This document shows, piece by piece, positions 49,909 through 61,249 of a stretch of DNA of 64,000 nt; position 1 is the first letter of the stretch; every line of letters begins with the position of its first letter. The notes under the pieces are model-generated. The model saw only the letters and a list, made by a program, of their open reading frames with translations. It made no database searches and had not been told where the DNA came from. The stretch covers positions 1,252,672 to 1,316,671 of the forward strand of contig OZ219918.1 in assembly GCA_964291415.2 (NCBI GenBank), in the 5' to 3' direction. Source of the stretch: Alphaproteobacteria bacterium. GTDB taxonomy: Bacteria; Pseudomonadota; Alphaproteobacteria; SP197. Both the position numbers and the translations under genes were made by a program.

Positions 49909-50901
49909 ATGAGAATCCCGCTCGCAGTCCTTCTCGCCGCGTTTCTGACAACCGGATGTTTCCGCAGCGACAACGAACCGGAGCAAGAACCCAGCATAAC
50001 GTGGGAGCGCAACTCGTCCTTTGCCACCGAGCCGAGGATGGAAGTCTTCATCCGGTTCGGGCCGGGAGAGCTTGGCGAGAACGATCCGGGACGGCGCGAG
50101 TCCGTCAACTCGCACGACGACGCCATCGCCTCGCGTCCCGCCGAGACCCCCATCCCCGACCATCAGGCCCGCGACTGGGTCTTCCTCAAGGAAACAGAGC
50201 ACGGCACGTCCCTCGTCTATTCCGTCACCAGCTGGGATCCGGACAACCCCGCCGACTACATCATGGCGGGCTGGTGGGCCGAGTTCCCCGGCCAGCACCT
50301 GCCGGACCTCGATATCAGCGAGGCGACTCGCTACGGCATCGTCGACGGTCCGGAGGTCGACGCACGGTTCCCGCCCGACATGCCCGTCGAAGGGCACGCG
50401 AACTACCTGGGCCAGACCGGCGGAATCTACCGCACCATTCCCCCTGGCGGCACCAGCGAGGACATCCAGACCGAGGAGTATCAGGGGACCATCAACCTCA
50501 CCGCCGACTTCGCGGAAGGGATCATAGCGGGCTGTGTCGGCTGCGTGGGAGATCTCGTATCCCGCCGCGAGTACTTCAACGCGATCCTCGGGGAGGAACA
50601 GCATTTCGACCCCAGCCACGACATCAAGGACTACCAGATTCTCCTCGGCGCCGCGCCCTTCCGGGACAACGGTACGTTCGAGAGCACCGACGTGGAGGTA
50701 AGGCACCCCCACCATGAGGAGACCGGACACATATACGGCGTCTGGGGCGGATCCATGTCGAACAAGCCCGATCACGACAGCAACCCCCGTCTCGCGTCCG
50801 GCTTCACCGTCGGGGTATTCGAGGGCCACGATGGCAGGCTCGGATCGTTCGTCGGCTCCTTCCTTGCCCTCAGCGACACCTTCAGGAACGGGACGCCGTG
50901 A
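49909..50901 (+). CDS. lipoprotein with TbpB-like beta-barrel, paralog of 41828
   Basis: Lipobox LTTGC, WDPDNPADYIMAGWW, VDGPE, ANYLGQTGG, LTADFAEG, WGGSM. Confidence 0.78.
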   Translation: MRIPLAVLLAAFLTTGCFRSDNEPEQEPSITWERNSSFATEPRMEVFIRFGPGELGENDPGRRESVNSHDDAIASRPAETPIPDHQARDWVFLKETEHGTSLVYSVTSWDPDNPADYIMAGWWAEFPGQHLPDLDISEATRYGIVDGPEVDARFPPDMPVEGHANYLGQTGGIYRTIPPGGTSEDIQTEEYQGTINLTADFAEGIIAGCVGCVGDLVSRREYFNAILGEEQHFDPSHDIKDYQILLGAAPFRDNGTFESTDVEVRHPHHEETGHIYGVWGGSMSNKPDHDSNPRLASGFTVGVFEGHDGRLGSFVGSFLALSDTFRNGTP

Positions 50902-51407
50902 GGCCTGCGGAGCGGGGATGGAATCGGATTGTTGACAGCAAGGAACTGGCGATGCGCGCAAGAACCGTTCCAGCGGCAGCATCGACCGCGGCAGGAAACG
51001 TCCTCCACCGGACGTGACGCCTGCACAGCAGACTAGCGAGCGAGAAAGCCGTTCCAAAGCCGATGCACGCGAGCCAGCCTCATGCGGAGTTCCGAGCCCC
51101 GCGATGCCGGACGTGAGCTGTGTCCAGATTTATCCGCAGTTTGCGCATGGCATCCGACGGGGTGTGGTGGCATGGCTGCCGCGGAGAACGGAGACGGGCC
51201 GCACGGGCGTGGAGCCATGGTGGCGGTCAGGTGCGAGAAGCCCGCATCCATGGCGAAGGGGGCAGGAGGTAAACCGACTATCGACTGACGGAGGAGTTGT
51301 CCGCGGACTCGGATAATCAGGCCGACAAGGCGCGGTTCCGCCAAGTTCGGCCATCCGTCTGACAGGCTGCCGTGACGGAGGGACGGATTCATGATAGCGC
51401 CTGACCG

Positions 51408-52394
51408 ATGAAGACGCTGGTAACGGGCGCCACGGGTTTCGTGGGCGGCAACCTCGTGCGAGCGCTGCTGCGCGAGGACGTCGAGGTCCGCGCGCTGGTC
51501 CGCAGCGAGGGCCCTCATCCGGCACTGGAAGGATTGCGCGTGGAGCGGACGCCGGGAGACGTGGAGGACCCGCAGAGCCTGCGCATGGCAGCCTCGGGGT
51601 GCGACGTGGTCTTCCACGTCGCCGCACTGACCGATCTCTGGGACAGGAACCCGCCGAGGCACCACCGCGTGAACGTGGTGGGGACGCGGAACGTCCTCGC
51701 CGCCGCGGAGGCGGCGGGAGTGGGGCGCGTGGTGCACACGAGCACCTGGGTGACGGTCGGCCGGCCTGCGCCCGGTGCGCTGTCGACCGAGGACACCCCG
51801 CCGTCGAGGGGAGACCTCGACGGGGCCTACCGCCGCTCCAAGTGGCGTGCGGAACAGGAGGTGCGGACGGCGGTCGCGCGAGGCCAGGACGTGGTGATCG
51901 CGAGCCCGACGGTGCCCATCGGCCCCTGGGACGTGAAGCCCACGCCGACGGGACGCATCGTTCTGGACTTCATCAGGGGCAGGATGCCCGTCGCCGTCGG
52001 CGTTCACCTCAACCTGGTCGACGTGGACGACGTGGCGCAGGGACACATCGGCGCGTGGCGGCACGGGCGCCGAGGCGAGCGCTATCTGCTGGGCAACTGG
52101 AACACGACGCTGCCGGAGGTGCTGTCCGTACTGGGCGAGATCACCGGACGGCGGCCGCCTCGGCTGAAAGCGCCGGCGGCGATTGCGCTGGCGGCCGCCC
52201 ACGTGGACGCGGTGCTGGAGGGCATGATCCTGCGCCGGCAGCCATACCTGCCGCTGGAGGGGGCGCGGCTGGCCCGGCACCGGATGGCGGTCGACTGCAC
52301 GAAGGCGATGTCGGAGCTGGGACTTCCCCAGAGTTCCACCACGAGGGCGCTGGAGCGGTCCGTGCGATGGTTCACGGACCGCGGGTACGCGTGA
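51408..52394 (+). CDS. NAD-dependent epimerase/dehydratase, HpnA/dihydroflavonol-reductase-like
   Basis: TGATGFVG, FHVAA, YRRSK, PIGPWDVKPTPTG, NLVDVDDVAQGH. Confidence 0.92.
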   Translation: MKTLVTGATGFVGGNLVRALLREDVEVRALVRSEGPHPALEGLRVERTPGDVEDPQSLRMAASGCDVVFHVAALTDLWDRNPPRHHRVNVVGTRNVLAAAEAAGVGRVVHTSTWVTVGRPAPGALSTEDTPPSRGDLDGAYRRSKWRAEQEVRTAVARGQDVVIASPTVPIGPWDVKPTPTGRIVLDFIRGRMPVAVGVHLNLVDVDDVAQGHIGAWRHGRRGERYLLGNWNTTLPEVLSVLGEITGRRPPRLKAPAAIALAAAHVDAVLEGMILRRQPYLPLEGARLARHRMAVDCTKAMSELGLPQSSTTRALERSVRWFTDRGYA

Positions 52395-53355
52395 GCCGCG
52401 GCCTGCGCGTCGCCGTGACGGGCGCGGCCGGGTCGGTGGGCGCAAGACTGGTGGAGCGGCTGGTCGGATCGGACGACGTGGACGGCATCGTCGCACTCGA
52501 CGTTCGCCCGGCCGATCGCATCCCACCCGAAGGTGACGGCGTTCCGGCGGGACATCCGGGAACCCATTGCGGACATTCTCGGCGAGCATGCCGTGGATGC
52601 GGTCGCGCACCTGGCCTTCATGCTGCGGCCCGGCCACGACCGCGAGGCGGCGCGGCAGGTGAACGTCGACGGCACGGCCCGCGTGTTGCGCGACTGCCGG
52701 GCCACTGGTGTGCGGCGCGTGATCTACCTCAGCAGCACGACGGTGTACGGCGCCCGCCCCGGTGCCGAACTGCCCTACACGGAGGATTCGCCCGTCCGGG
52801 CCCGTTCGCGGGTATCGGTACGCCGAGGACAAAGCGGAAGCGGAGCGTTTGCTGGAGGCCTTCGCGGCGGACGATCCCGGCGCCTGCATCACCGTGCTGC
52901 GCGGCTGCCCGGTCATGGCGCCGGGGCCGGAGGACGCGGTCTCGCGGGTCTGTTCGAGGCTGACCCGGGTCCGCATTGCCGGCGCGGACCCACCGATGCA
53001 GTTCATCCATTCCGACGACTTGGTGGAGGCGCTGGAGCTGTGTCTGCTGGAGCCTGTGGCCGGGGTGTTCAACGTCACCGGGGAGGGCGTCGTTGCCTGG
53101 AGCGAGATCGCCCGCATCGCCGGCCGGCGCCCGGTGCCCGTGCCGGCGCACCTTCTCGCGTTCATCGTGCAGGCGGCCTGGATGCTGCGGCTGCAGGGCC
53201 ACTCGCCCGCCTGCATCCTCGCCATGATGCGATGGCCATGGATGGCCAGCAGCGAGAAGCTGGCGCGCAAGACCGGGTTTCGTCCGCGGTACACCTCGCT
53301 GGAGGCGCTCATGAGCTCGGCGCTGGCTGCCCGCAGCGCAGCGCGGTGTGGGTGA
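52391..53355 (+). CDS. extended SDR / NAD-dependent epimerase (frameshifts ~52525 and ~52800)
   Basis: TGAAGSVG, HLAF, NVDGT, SSTTVYG, YAEDK, QFIHSDD across three frames. Confidence 0.8.
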
Positions 53356-53459
53356 GCCCTGCCTCGTTCAGGGGCCGAGGCGTCGTGTGCGGGGGGCGCA
53401 AGGGCGGCGGGATCGCTTCGGCGGTGGCCCCGGCGAGTGCGTTCGCGGCAGGTCAGGCT

Positions 53460-54193
53460 CCATCGGACCGGCGCGCCTGCACAAGCGCGATCCAGGGGAT
53501 CTCGACACTGCGAAGGACGATGCCATCCCCTACCAGGAACCGGTCGCCAAGCTGATCGACGGAAAACGACCGAGCAAACCACGGAGTGCGATGCGAGCCT
53601 CCGGCAGTGCCGGCGCAGCGCTGAGACAGCGCTGAATGTCGCACCCGAAGGAAAGAAGGTCTTTCGCCCTCCGCCCGATGCCGAGCTCCGCGGAGTTCCC
53701 GAACGCTTGCGGGTCCCGACTGGCCACACCGAGCAGGACGATCGCCGTCTTCCCCGTGCGCAGGCCCCTGCCGCACACCTGCGGGTCCTTGCGGACCACG
53801 CTGCCGTCGAGCGGGAACGGGCCGTCGCAGTGCCGCCAGACGTTGACGGAAGGCTCCAGCAGGTGGCGTTAGCCGTGCAGCCGCTGCATTTGAGCGGGGT
53901 GGCGCAGCAGCGCCGGCATGCCGTTGCCGATCGGGCTGCGGGCGGTCCCGCTGCCCGCCACCAGGGTTGGCAGCATGGTCGAGGCAGTTCGTCGCGGGCC
54001 GGTCTGCCGCCTCCCCGTCGATGGTCGCGATGGCGCCCTGTTGCGCGCCGGTGAGCGCGCGGGCGCTCTCGTGCGCTTCGCGCATCGCCATCGACAATTC
54101 GAGGCCCGTGCTGTTGCGCGGGACGGCAGCGCCCGGGCCGGAGATGCGCTCGCGCAACACCTCGGCTTCGCGAGTCGGCCGGTTGTGTTTCAC
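53460..54193 (-). pseudogene. decayed GAF / response-regulator gene
   Basis: LRERIS...ESARALTGAQQGAIATID, paralogous to the 49.4-kb remnant. Confidence 0.6.
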
Positions 54194-54572
54194 CCTCCCA
54201 AAGGCGGCGATCCTGCCCGGGGAGATGCATGGTGTTCTGAAGGTCCTTATCGGGCCTGAAGGTCAACCAGGATCCCGAAAACCCCTGAAGAACTATCATA
54301 AGAACCCAAAAAAACACGCACATCATACAAAGTATCGACCATAGTTTCGCCTGTTAAGCCGTACGGCAAGTGTGTGAGGGGCCCTGCTCCCGAACTGCCA
54401 TCGCCAGTGCGGATGAACCGGAGGACGCTGGATGTTGCGGTTGACAGTTCGGGGAATATCTGACGACACGCGTATAACAGAAGCCGGAAGCCGGTACCGC
54501 GTCCGCGGCCCGGACGGCGCCTTCGGGCACCCCGACCGACACCGGCCTGTGCCGGACCGCGCGGCTGACGCC

Positions 54573-57500
54573 ATGGGCCGCGCCAGTTGCGCCCGGCGGG
54601 AGCGCCAATCCCGTCCAGGCTTCCCCGGCTTCCGCCGCCCGGCGGGGCCTGCTTCCTCCCCCGCTCGCGAAACCGGTGGGGCCAGCGTCCGTGTTTCGGG
54701 CGGCGCGTGGGGGCTGTTCCGGTTCCGCCGTGCCGCGCTCTCGGCGCTGCTCGGGCTCGCCGCCTTCGCCGCCGCCCCGCAGGGCGCCTCCGCCGATCCC
54801 TGTCCCGGCGACATCGTGCCCCCCGGCACCTTCTGGTCGGCGTGCATGACGCCGGCGTTTCAGGATAACCGCATTCAAACACTATCAGGTTACCGCCGCA
54901 CCGCAGGTTACGGCAGTCTGTCCGACATAACGGTCGATAGCGCGGCCGGCACCCTTACGGTCCAAATCCCTGACCTACACTTTCAGCAAGCTCGCGAACT
55001 CGCGTGAAATCAGGATTGACTTCTTAGGTGACGAAAGCCACTCCGCCCCTCCAAGCGTCACCGCGGGTTGGAAGCTGCACATCGGCAGCTACACCTATGC
55101 TCTCGACTCCAATGCTCACAATGTTTCGCGGCAATACAGCTCCTACGACTGGGATGCAGCCGGCCCGATCTGGACCGAGGGACAGGAGATCACGGTGATC
55201 CTGCGGGTGGATCCCGCCAGAAGGATCGGCGGCCGCGTGGTGTGGGCCGGGCTGCCGTTCCTCTACGTGCTAAAGGAGGACACGTTCAAGGACCCGGTGG
55301 GCGACGGGCTGACCTACTCGGCGGCGCTGGAAGGCGGTGCCGCGCTGCCGGACTGGCTCACCTTCGATCCCGACCGGCGCACCCTCAGGGGCACGCCGAC
55401 CAACGCCGACGCGACCGGGCCCGACGAGCGGATCCATGTCGCGTTCCTGGCCACCGACGGCAACGGCGGCGAACAGGTCCGCGTGCTCAGCATCGGCGTC
55501 GTGCCGGACACCGACCCGCCCGTGATCCAGAGCGTCTCGAAAGCCTCCGGGAAGCTCGTCCTCACCTATAGCGAGCCGCTGGACGAGGACTCCGAGCCCG
55601 GCGCCGGCGCCTTCGCGGTGACCGATGGCGGCAACCCGGCCACGGTGAGCAGCGTCGATGTGTCGGGCCGCACCGTCGTGCTGACGCTCGCCTCCGCGCT
55701 CACCGGCGCGGCGCAGGTGAGCTACACGGTGCCGACCGGGGCGAATGCGACGCCGATCCGGGACGTGGCGGGCACCAACGCGGCGGCGTTCAGCAACATG
55801 GCCGCCCCGGACTACGTCGTCAGCCTGCGCGCGTTGCAATCGCGGGTTTCGGAGGGGGCCGAATCCGCGGGGTTCGAGATTTCGCTCAAGCCGGTCCCGG
55901 CGGACCCGAAGGTGGCCTTCTTCGTGCACTGGGAGACGGTGCCCGGCACGGCGGTGCCGCACTGGAAGTCGCAGACCGGCGCCGACTACACCGGCACGGG
56001 CGGGGGGATTGCGCTCGGCAACAACTCCAACAACAAGCCCACACACCGGGTGTGGGTACCCCTCAACGACGACGGGCTCGACGAGGGGAGCGAGACGTTC
56101 GGCCTGCGCATCGCGCTCGGCTTCGGCCCGGACGAGACCGACATCGTGAACCCGACAGGCGCCCCGCAGTATGTCAAGGACCTTGCGGTGAGTGTCGATA
56201 CGGCCGAAGCGGAGGTGACGATCGAGGACAACGACTCCGGCCCGTCGGTGACGCTGCGCGCGCCCGGCGGCAGGCTCGGGGACGACATCCGCGAGGGCGA
56301 CGAGGAGGCGGCGTTCGGCGTGTGGCTGCTGCCGGGGACGGGGTCGGTCTCCTACCCGGTGACGGTGAACTACGCCGTGCGCGCGCTGACCGCGGCCGAG
56401 GCGGCCGAGGCGGACGGGCGCGTCAGGGCGACCGCGGGCACGGACTTCACCGCGGCGACGGGCATGGTGACCTTCAATACCGGCGAGACCTACAAGGCGG
56501 TGCCGGTCGACGTGCCGCGCACGCCGGAGCTGGAGGGCGACGAGTATTTCGCGGTGGAGCTTTCGGGCCCGAGCGGCAACCTCGACATCGAGGATAGCCT
56601 GGGGCTCTATCTGATTTACGACAATCCGGGGCCGTACAAGTCGCGGATGGGGGTGGGGTCCGGGGCGCCGCCGGAGAGCGAAGGCGGGGGCTGCGGGGCG
56701 AACCTGTGGGTCGAGTTCCGCGACGGCAACGGCGACCGGACGCAAGTGTCGTCGCTCGCGGCGACCGACTTCGCGGTGGAGAACGGGCGCATCGGCGCGC
56801 CGGCGGCCGACGCGGACGGCCTGCGCTGGACGGTGCCGGCCTGGGCGACGGCGGGCTTCACCGGGCTGATGCGGGTGCGGCTTGCGGCGAAGGCGCCGGC
56901 GCCGGAAGGGCGGGTGATGGCCTGGGAGGCGGCGGAGCAGGTCCTGCGGGTCGCGAGCGATACGGACTGCCCGGCGGTGGCGCGGAGCGAGCTCGCCTCG
57001 CTCGCGCTGGAGGGCCTCGAGCTGGACCCGGCCTTCGATGCGGGAACGACGTCCTATACGGCGGCCGCGGCGGAGGACACGGAGACGGTGACGGTGAAGG
57101 CGGAGGCGGTCTACGGCACGTCGGACGTCGCCATCGCGCCGGCGGACGCCGACACCGACGCCGAGGGCCACCAGGTGGCGCTCGCGGAAGGCGGGACCGG
57201 GATCGCGGTGACGGTGACGCCGGGCGACGGCAGCGCGGCCAAGACCTGGACGGTGACGGTGACGGGCGCGTCCGATTCGGGCGTGCTGACCGGCTTCGTG
57301 CTGGTCGACGCCTCGAACGATGCCGACCTGGGCGCGGTCGAGAGCGGCGGCACGGTGTCGGTGTCGGCGGACGGCCGCTACGGCGTGCGCGCCGGGATCG
57401 AGGCGAACGCGGAGGTCGGCAGCGTGGTGCTGACGCTGGCGGGTCCGGGCGCCGAGGACACGCACACGCGGACCGAGAACATCGCGCCCTACTCGCTCTG

Positions 57501-60204
57501 GGGCGACGACATGCAGGGCGCCGAGCACGGCCGGGCGCTTGCAGCGGGCTCCTACACCCTGACGGCGACGGCCTATGCAGACAGGGGCGGCGCGGGCGAC
57601 GTGCTCGGCACGCTCGCGGTGCCGTTCACGGTCGCGGTCGAGGCGGCGCCGGGCGTGCTGACCGGCTTCGTTCTGGTGGACGCGTCGACGGACGCGGATC
57701 TGGGAGCGATTGCGGACGGCGGCACGGTGTCGGTGTCGGCGAACGGCAGCTACGGCATCCGCGCCGAGACGCAAGCGGACGCGGAGGTCGGCAGCGTGGT
57801 GCTGACGCTTGCGGGTCCGGGCACCGAGGACACGTACACGCGGACCGAGAACGTGGCGCCCTGGTCGCTCTACGGCGATGCCGAGGGCGCCGAGCACGGC
57901 CGGGGGCTGGCGGTGGGGCCCTACACCCTGACGGCGACGGCCTATGCGGAGCGCGGCGGCGCGGGCTCGGCGCTCGGCGCGCTCACGGTGGCGTTCACGG
58001 CGGCGGCCTCGACGGCGCCGCTGACGGCGTCGCTGGAGAACCTGCCCGCGCGGCACGACGGCGCCACGGCGTTCAGCTTCGAGCTTCGTTTCAGCGAGCA
58101 CGTGCCGGCGCTGGGCTACAAGACGGTGCGCGACGACGCGTTCGCGGTGACCGGCGGCGAAGTGACCGATGTCCGGCGGATCGCGCCGCAGGCGGCCGAC
58201 AGGAACCGGCGCTGGGAGATCACGGTGGAGCCGGACTCGTTCGGGGAGGTGGCGGTGACGCTGCCGGCGACGACGGACTGCGAGGCGACGGGGGCGGTGT
58301 GCCACGAGGACGGGCGGATGCTGTCGGCCGCGGCCTCGGGCACGGTGCCGGGGCCGGCGCTGTCGGTGGCGGACGCCCAGGCCCAGGAAGGGACCGACGC
58401 GACGCTCGACTTCGCGGTCACCCTCGTCCCGGCGCGGACGGCGACGGTGACGGTGGCCTACGCGACCGCCGACGGCACGGCGACGGCGGGGTCGGACTAC
58501 ACGGCGACCTCGGGCACGCTGACCTTCGCCGCGGGCGAGACGCAGAAGACCGTCTCGGTGCCGGTGCTGAACGACGACCATGACGAGGGCAGCGAGACGC
58601 TGACGCTCAGGCTGTCGAACGCGCAAGGGGCGAACATCGCGGACGGCGAGGCGACGGGGACCATCACCAACTCCGACGCGATCCCCGAGGCGTGGCTGGC
58701 GCGGTTCGGTCGCACGGTGACGGGCCAGGTGCTGGATGCTGTCCAGGACCGGCTGGCGGCGTCGCGGCAGGCGGGGGCGCAGATGTCCCTGGCGGGCCAG
58801 GCGCTGCCGTCGTGGCGGGGCGGCGATGCGGCCGGCGCCGCGGAGCGCGAGGAGGAAGAGGCGCGGCGGGCGCTGGCGTCGATGACGGCGTGGCTCGCAC
58901 GGACGGGCTCGGACTCCGCATCGGGGGCCGGCGTCGACGGGACGGGCCGCGAGCCGGAGTCGCGCGCGCTCACCGAACAGGACTTCATCACGGGCACGTC
59001 GTTCGCGCTGACCGGCGGGTCTTCGGAGGGCGGCGGTTTCGCCGCGCTGTGGGGCCGCGCCTCGATCGCGGGCTTCGACGGCCGCGAGGGCGACCTCACG
59101 GTGGACGGCGAGGTGACGACGGGCCTCGTCGGCGCCGACTGGGCGTCGGATCCGGGGTCCGGGTCCGGCCGCTGGATCGCCGGGCTGGCGCTCGGCCATT
59201 CGACCGGCACGGGCGGCTGGCGGGGTGCGAACGGTTCGGGCGCCATCGAGGCGGTCCTGACCGCCCTCTACCCCTATGCCGGCATGGACCTGACGGAGCG
59301 GCTCTCGGTGTGGGCCGCGGCGGGCTGGGGTGCGGGCGAGGTGACGGTGACGCCCGACGGCGAGGCCGGCCTGACGGCGGACCTCGCGCTGGCGATGGGC
59401 GCCGCCGGGCTGCGCAGCGAGGTGCTGCGGCCCGTTGACGGCGACGGCCTCGCCCTGGCGGTGAAGGGCGATGCCCGCTTCACCCGCACGACCTCGGACG
59501 CGGCGCGGAGCGAAGACGGCAACCTGGCGGCGTCGGAGGCGGACGTCTGGCTGCTGCGCACCGGCATCGAGGGCTCGCGGCCGGTGGCGCTGGGCGAAGG
59601 CGGCGCCACCCTCACGCCGACCTTCGAGCTGGGCTTGAGGCTCGACGGCGGCGACGCGGAGACCGGCATGGGCGCGGACCTGGGCGGCGGTGTCGCCTTC
59701 GCCGACCCGGCGAACGGGGTTGCGCTCGACATGAAGGCGCGGGGCCTGGTGGCGCACGAGACGCCGGGCTTCCGGGAATGGGGCGCGAGCCTCTCGGCTT
59801 CCTGGGACCCGCGTCCGGCGACCGACCGGGGGCTGTCGCTCACGCTGCGCCAGAGCTGGGGTGCTGCGCCCTCGGGCGGCATGGACGCGCTGCTCTCGCG
59901 CGAGACGCTGGCGGGCCTCGCCGCCAACGACAACGCCGGGAAGTTCGAGGCGGCGGGCCGCCTGGAGGGCGAGCTCGGCTACGGGCTGCCTGCGTTCGGC
60001 GGCGCCTTCACGAGCACGCCAAACATCGGCTTCGCCCTGTCGGACGGCGGCGCGCGCGACTGGCGCCTCGGCTGGCGGCTGACGTCGGCGATCCGGAACG
60101 ATCCCGGCTTCGAGGTCAGCCTGGATGCGACCCGCACGGAGCCCGCGAACGACAACGGGCCGCCCGAGCACGGGGCGATGCTGAAGGGCACGATCCGCTG
60201 GTGA
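54573..60204 (+). CDS. large autotransporter-like adhesin (Ig/He_PIG, SwmB-like, Calx-beta, cadherin-like; frameshift ~55000)
   Basis: Signal peptide ...AALSALLGLAAFAAAPQGASA, LPDWLTFDP..RTLRGTP, LTYSEPLD, DYT..SGTLTFAAGET...DD..DEGSET, WLARFGRTV linker, beta-barrel ending in W. Start position uncertain. Confidence 0.85.
57281..58000 (+). repeat. internal tandem duplication of a ~120-aa domain in the adhesin
   Basis: GVLTGFVLVDAS.DADLGA...RTEN.AP.SL.GD...YTLTATAYA occurs twice. Confidence 0.85.
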
Positions 60205-60207
60205 GTC

Positions 60208-61016
60208 ATGGCGGGCCCCGGGGTCAGGAAGTCCGCCGCTGCGCGGGCACGCGCTTCACGGCGAGGCGCCTGCGCCTGTATGCGGCGCGACCCCGGCTAT
60301 CGTGCGGCCTGGGCGGCGCAGGCGTGCCCGGCGCGCTTCGAGGCGGCGCCGTTTCCGCTCAGGGTCCAGACCGCAGCGGACCTCGCGGCGGCGGGATGGG
60401 GGCTCGCCGTCTGGGAGGACCCGGGCGTGGAGGCCTGGCGCACGCCCTTCCTGCCCGGCATGCCGGCGCTGGTCGCCGAGCCCGACCCGGATCCCTGGCC
60501 GGACCCGACGCCGCTGCTGGGGCTGCTCGGCGAGGCGGGGGCGCAGCTGGAGGGGCTCAGGCTGCTGAACGGGCGGTTCGTCCTCAAGGCGGAGCTGGGC
60601 GACGCGGCGTTGCAGATCCTGGTTCCGTCCGGGCGAGTTTTCGGACCCGAAGACGGTATCGTGGCGAAGCTGGGGCTGAGCCTGCCCCTGGAGGCTCCGG
60701 TCGGCCGGATCGCCGACCTGTGGCGGGTCGCCGGCCGCCCGCCCCCTCCTCGGACGCGACCCTTCATGGGCGGGCGGGTCGCGCCCTGGTATCGGTGCTG
60801 GACGGGCTCGGGGCCGAGAGGTTGCACCGCTGGATGGCCGAGCGCATCTGGGGCAAGGCAAGGGTCGCCTCGGAGTGGAGTTCCGACAGCTGGATGCGCG
60901 CGCAGGTCCGGCGCTGGATCCCGCAGGCCAGGGCGCTCGCGGGCGGCGGCTGGCGCGACCTCGTGCCCCGCCATGTGCCGGAGCTGTGGCGGGGGCATGG
61001 CGAGGCTCCCGCATGA
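60208..61016 (+). CDS. DUF6499 + DUF2285 (FseA-like) transcriptional activator, frameshift ~60780
   Basis: RRDPGYRAAW...WGL..WEDP (DUF6499). VLDGL...HR.MAERIWG..RV..EW..DSWMRAQVRR...ALAGGGWRDL (DUF2285). Confidence 0.75.
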
Positions 61017-61249
61017 GGTCGAAGCGCCGGAGCGCCGCGGGTGCGGCGCCGCCGGAGGGGGAGGCTCGCGCAGGTGTCGCGGTCGTGAGTTGGGGAGGCA
61101 GGGACGATGATGCGGTCGACACTTCGCGAATCCTCGGCCGAGGCTGTTAGAAGCCGGAAGCCGGAAAACAACGAACCGGAAGACGCGCGGGCGAGGCCCT
61201 GGCCGCGCCCCGCTTCCCGCAACGCTTTCCTGATCTGACCGAGGCGGGA

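Noticed and set aside
51033-54326. 1097-aa minus-strand ORF
   Set aside because: Antisense to two SDR genes and crossing a decayed GAF gene. Low-complexity translation.
55270-60171. 1633-aa minus-strand ORF
   Set aside because: Antisense shadow of the GC-rich autotransporter. Arg/Gly-rich with no domain motifs.
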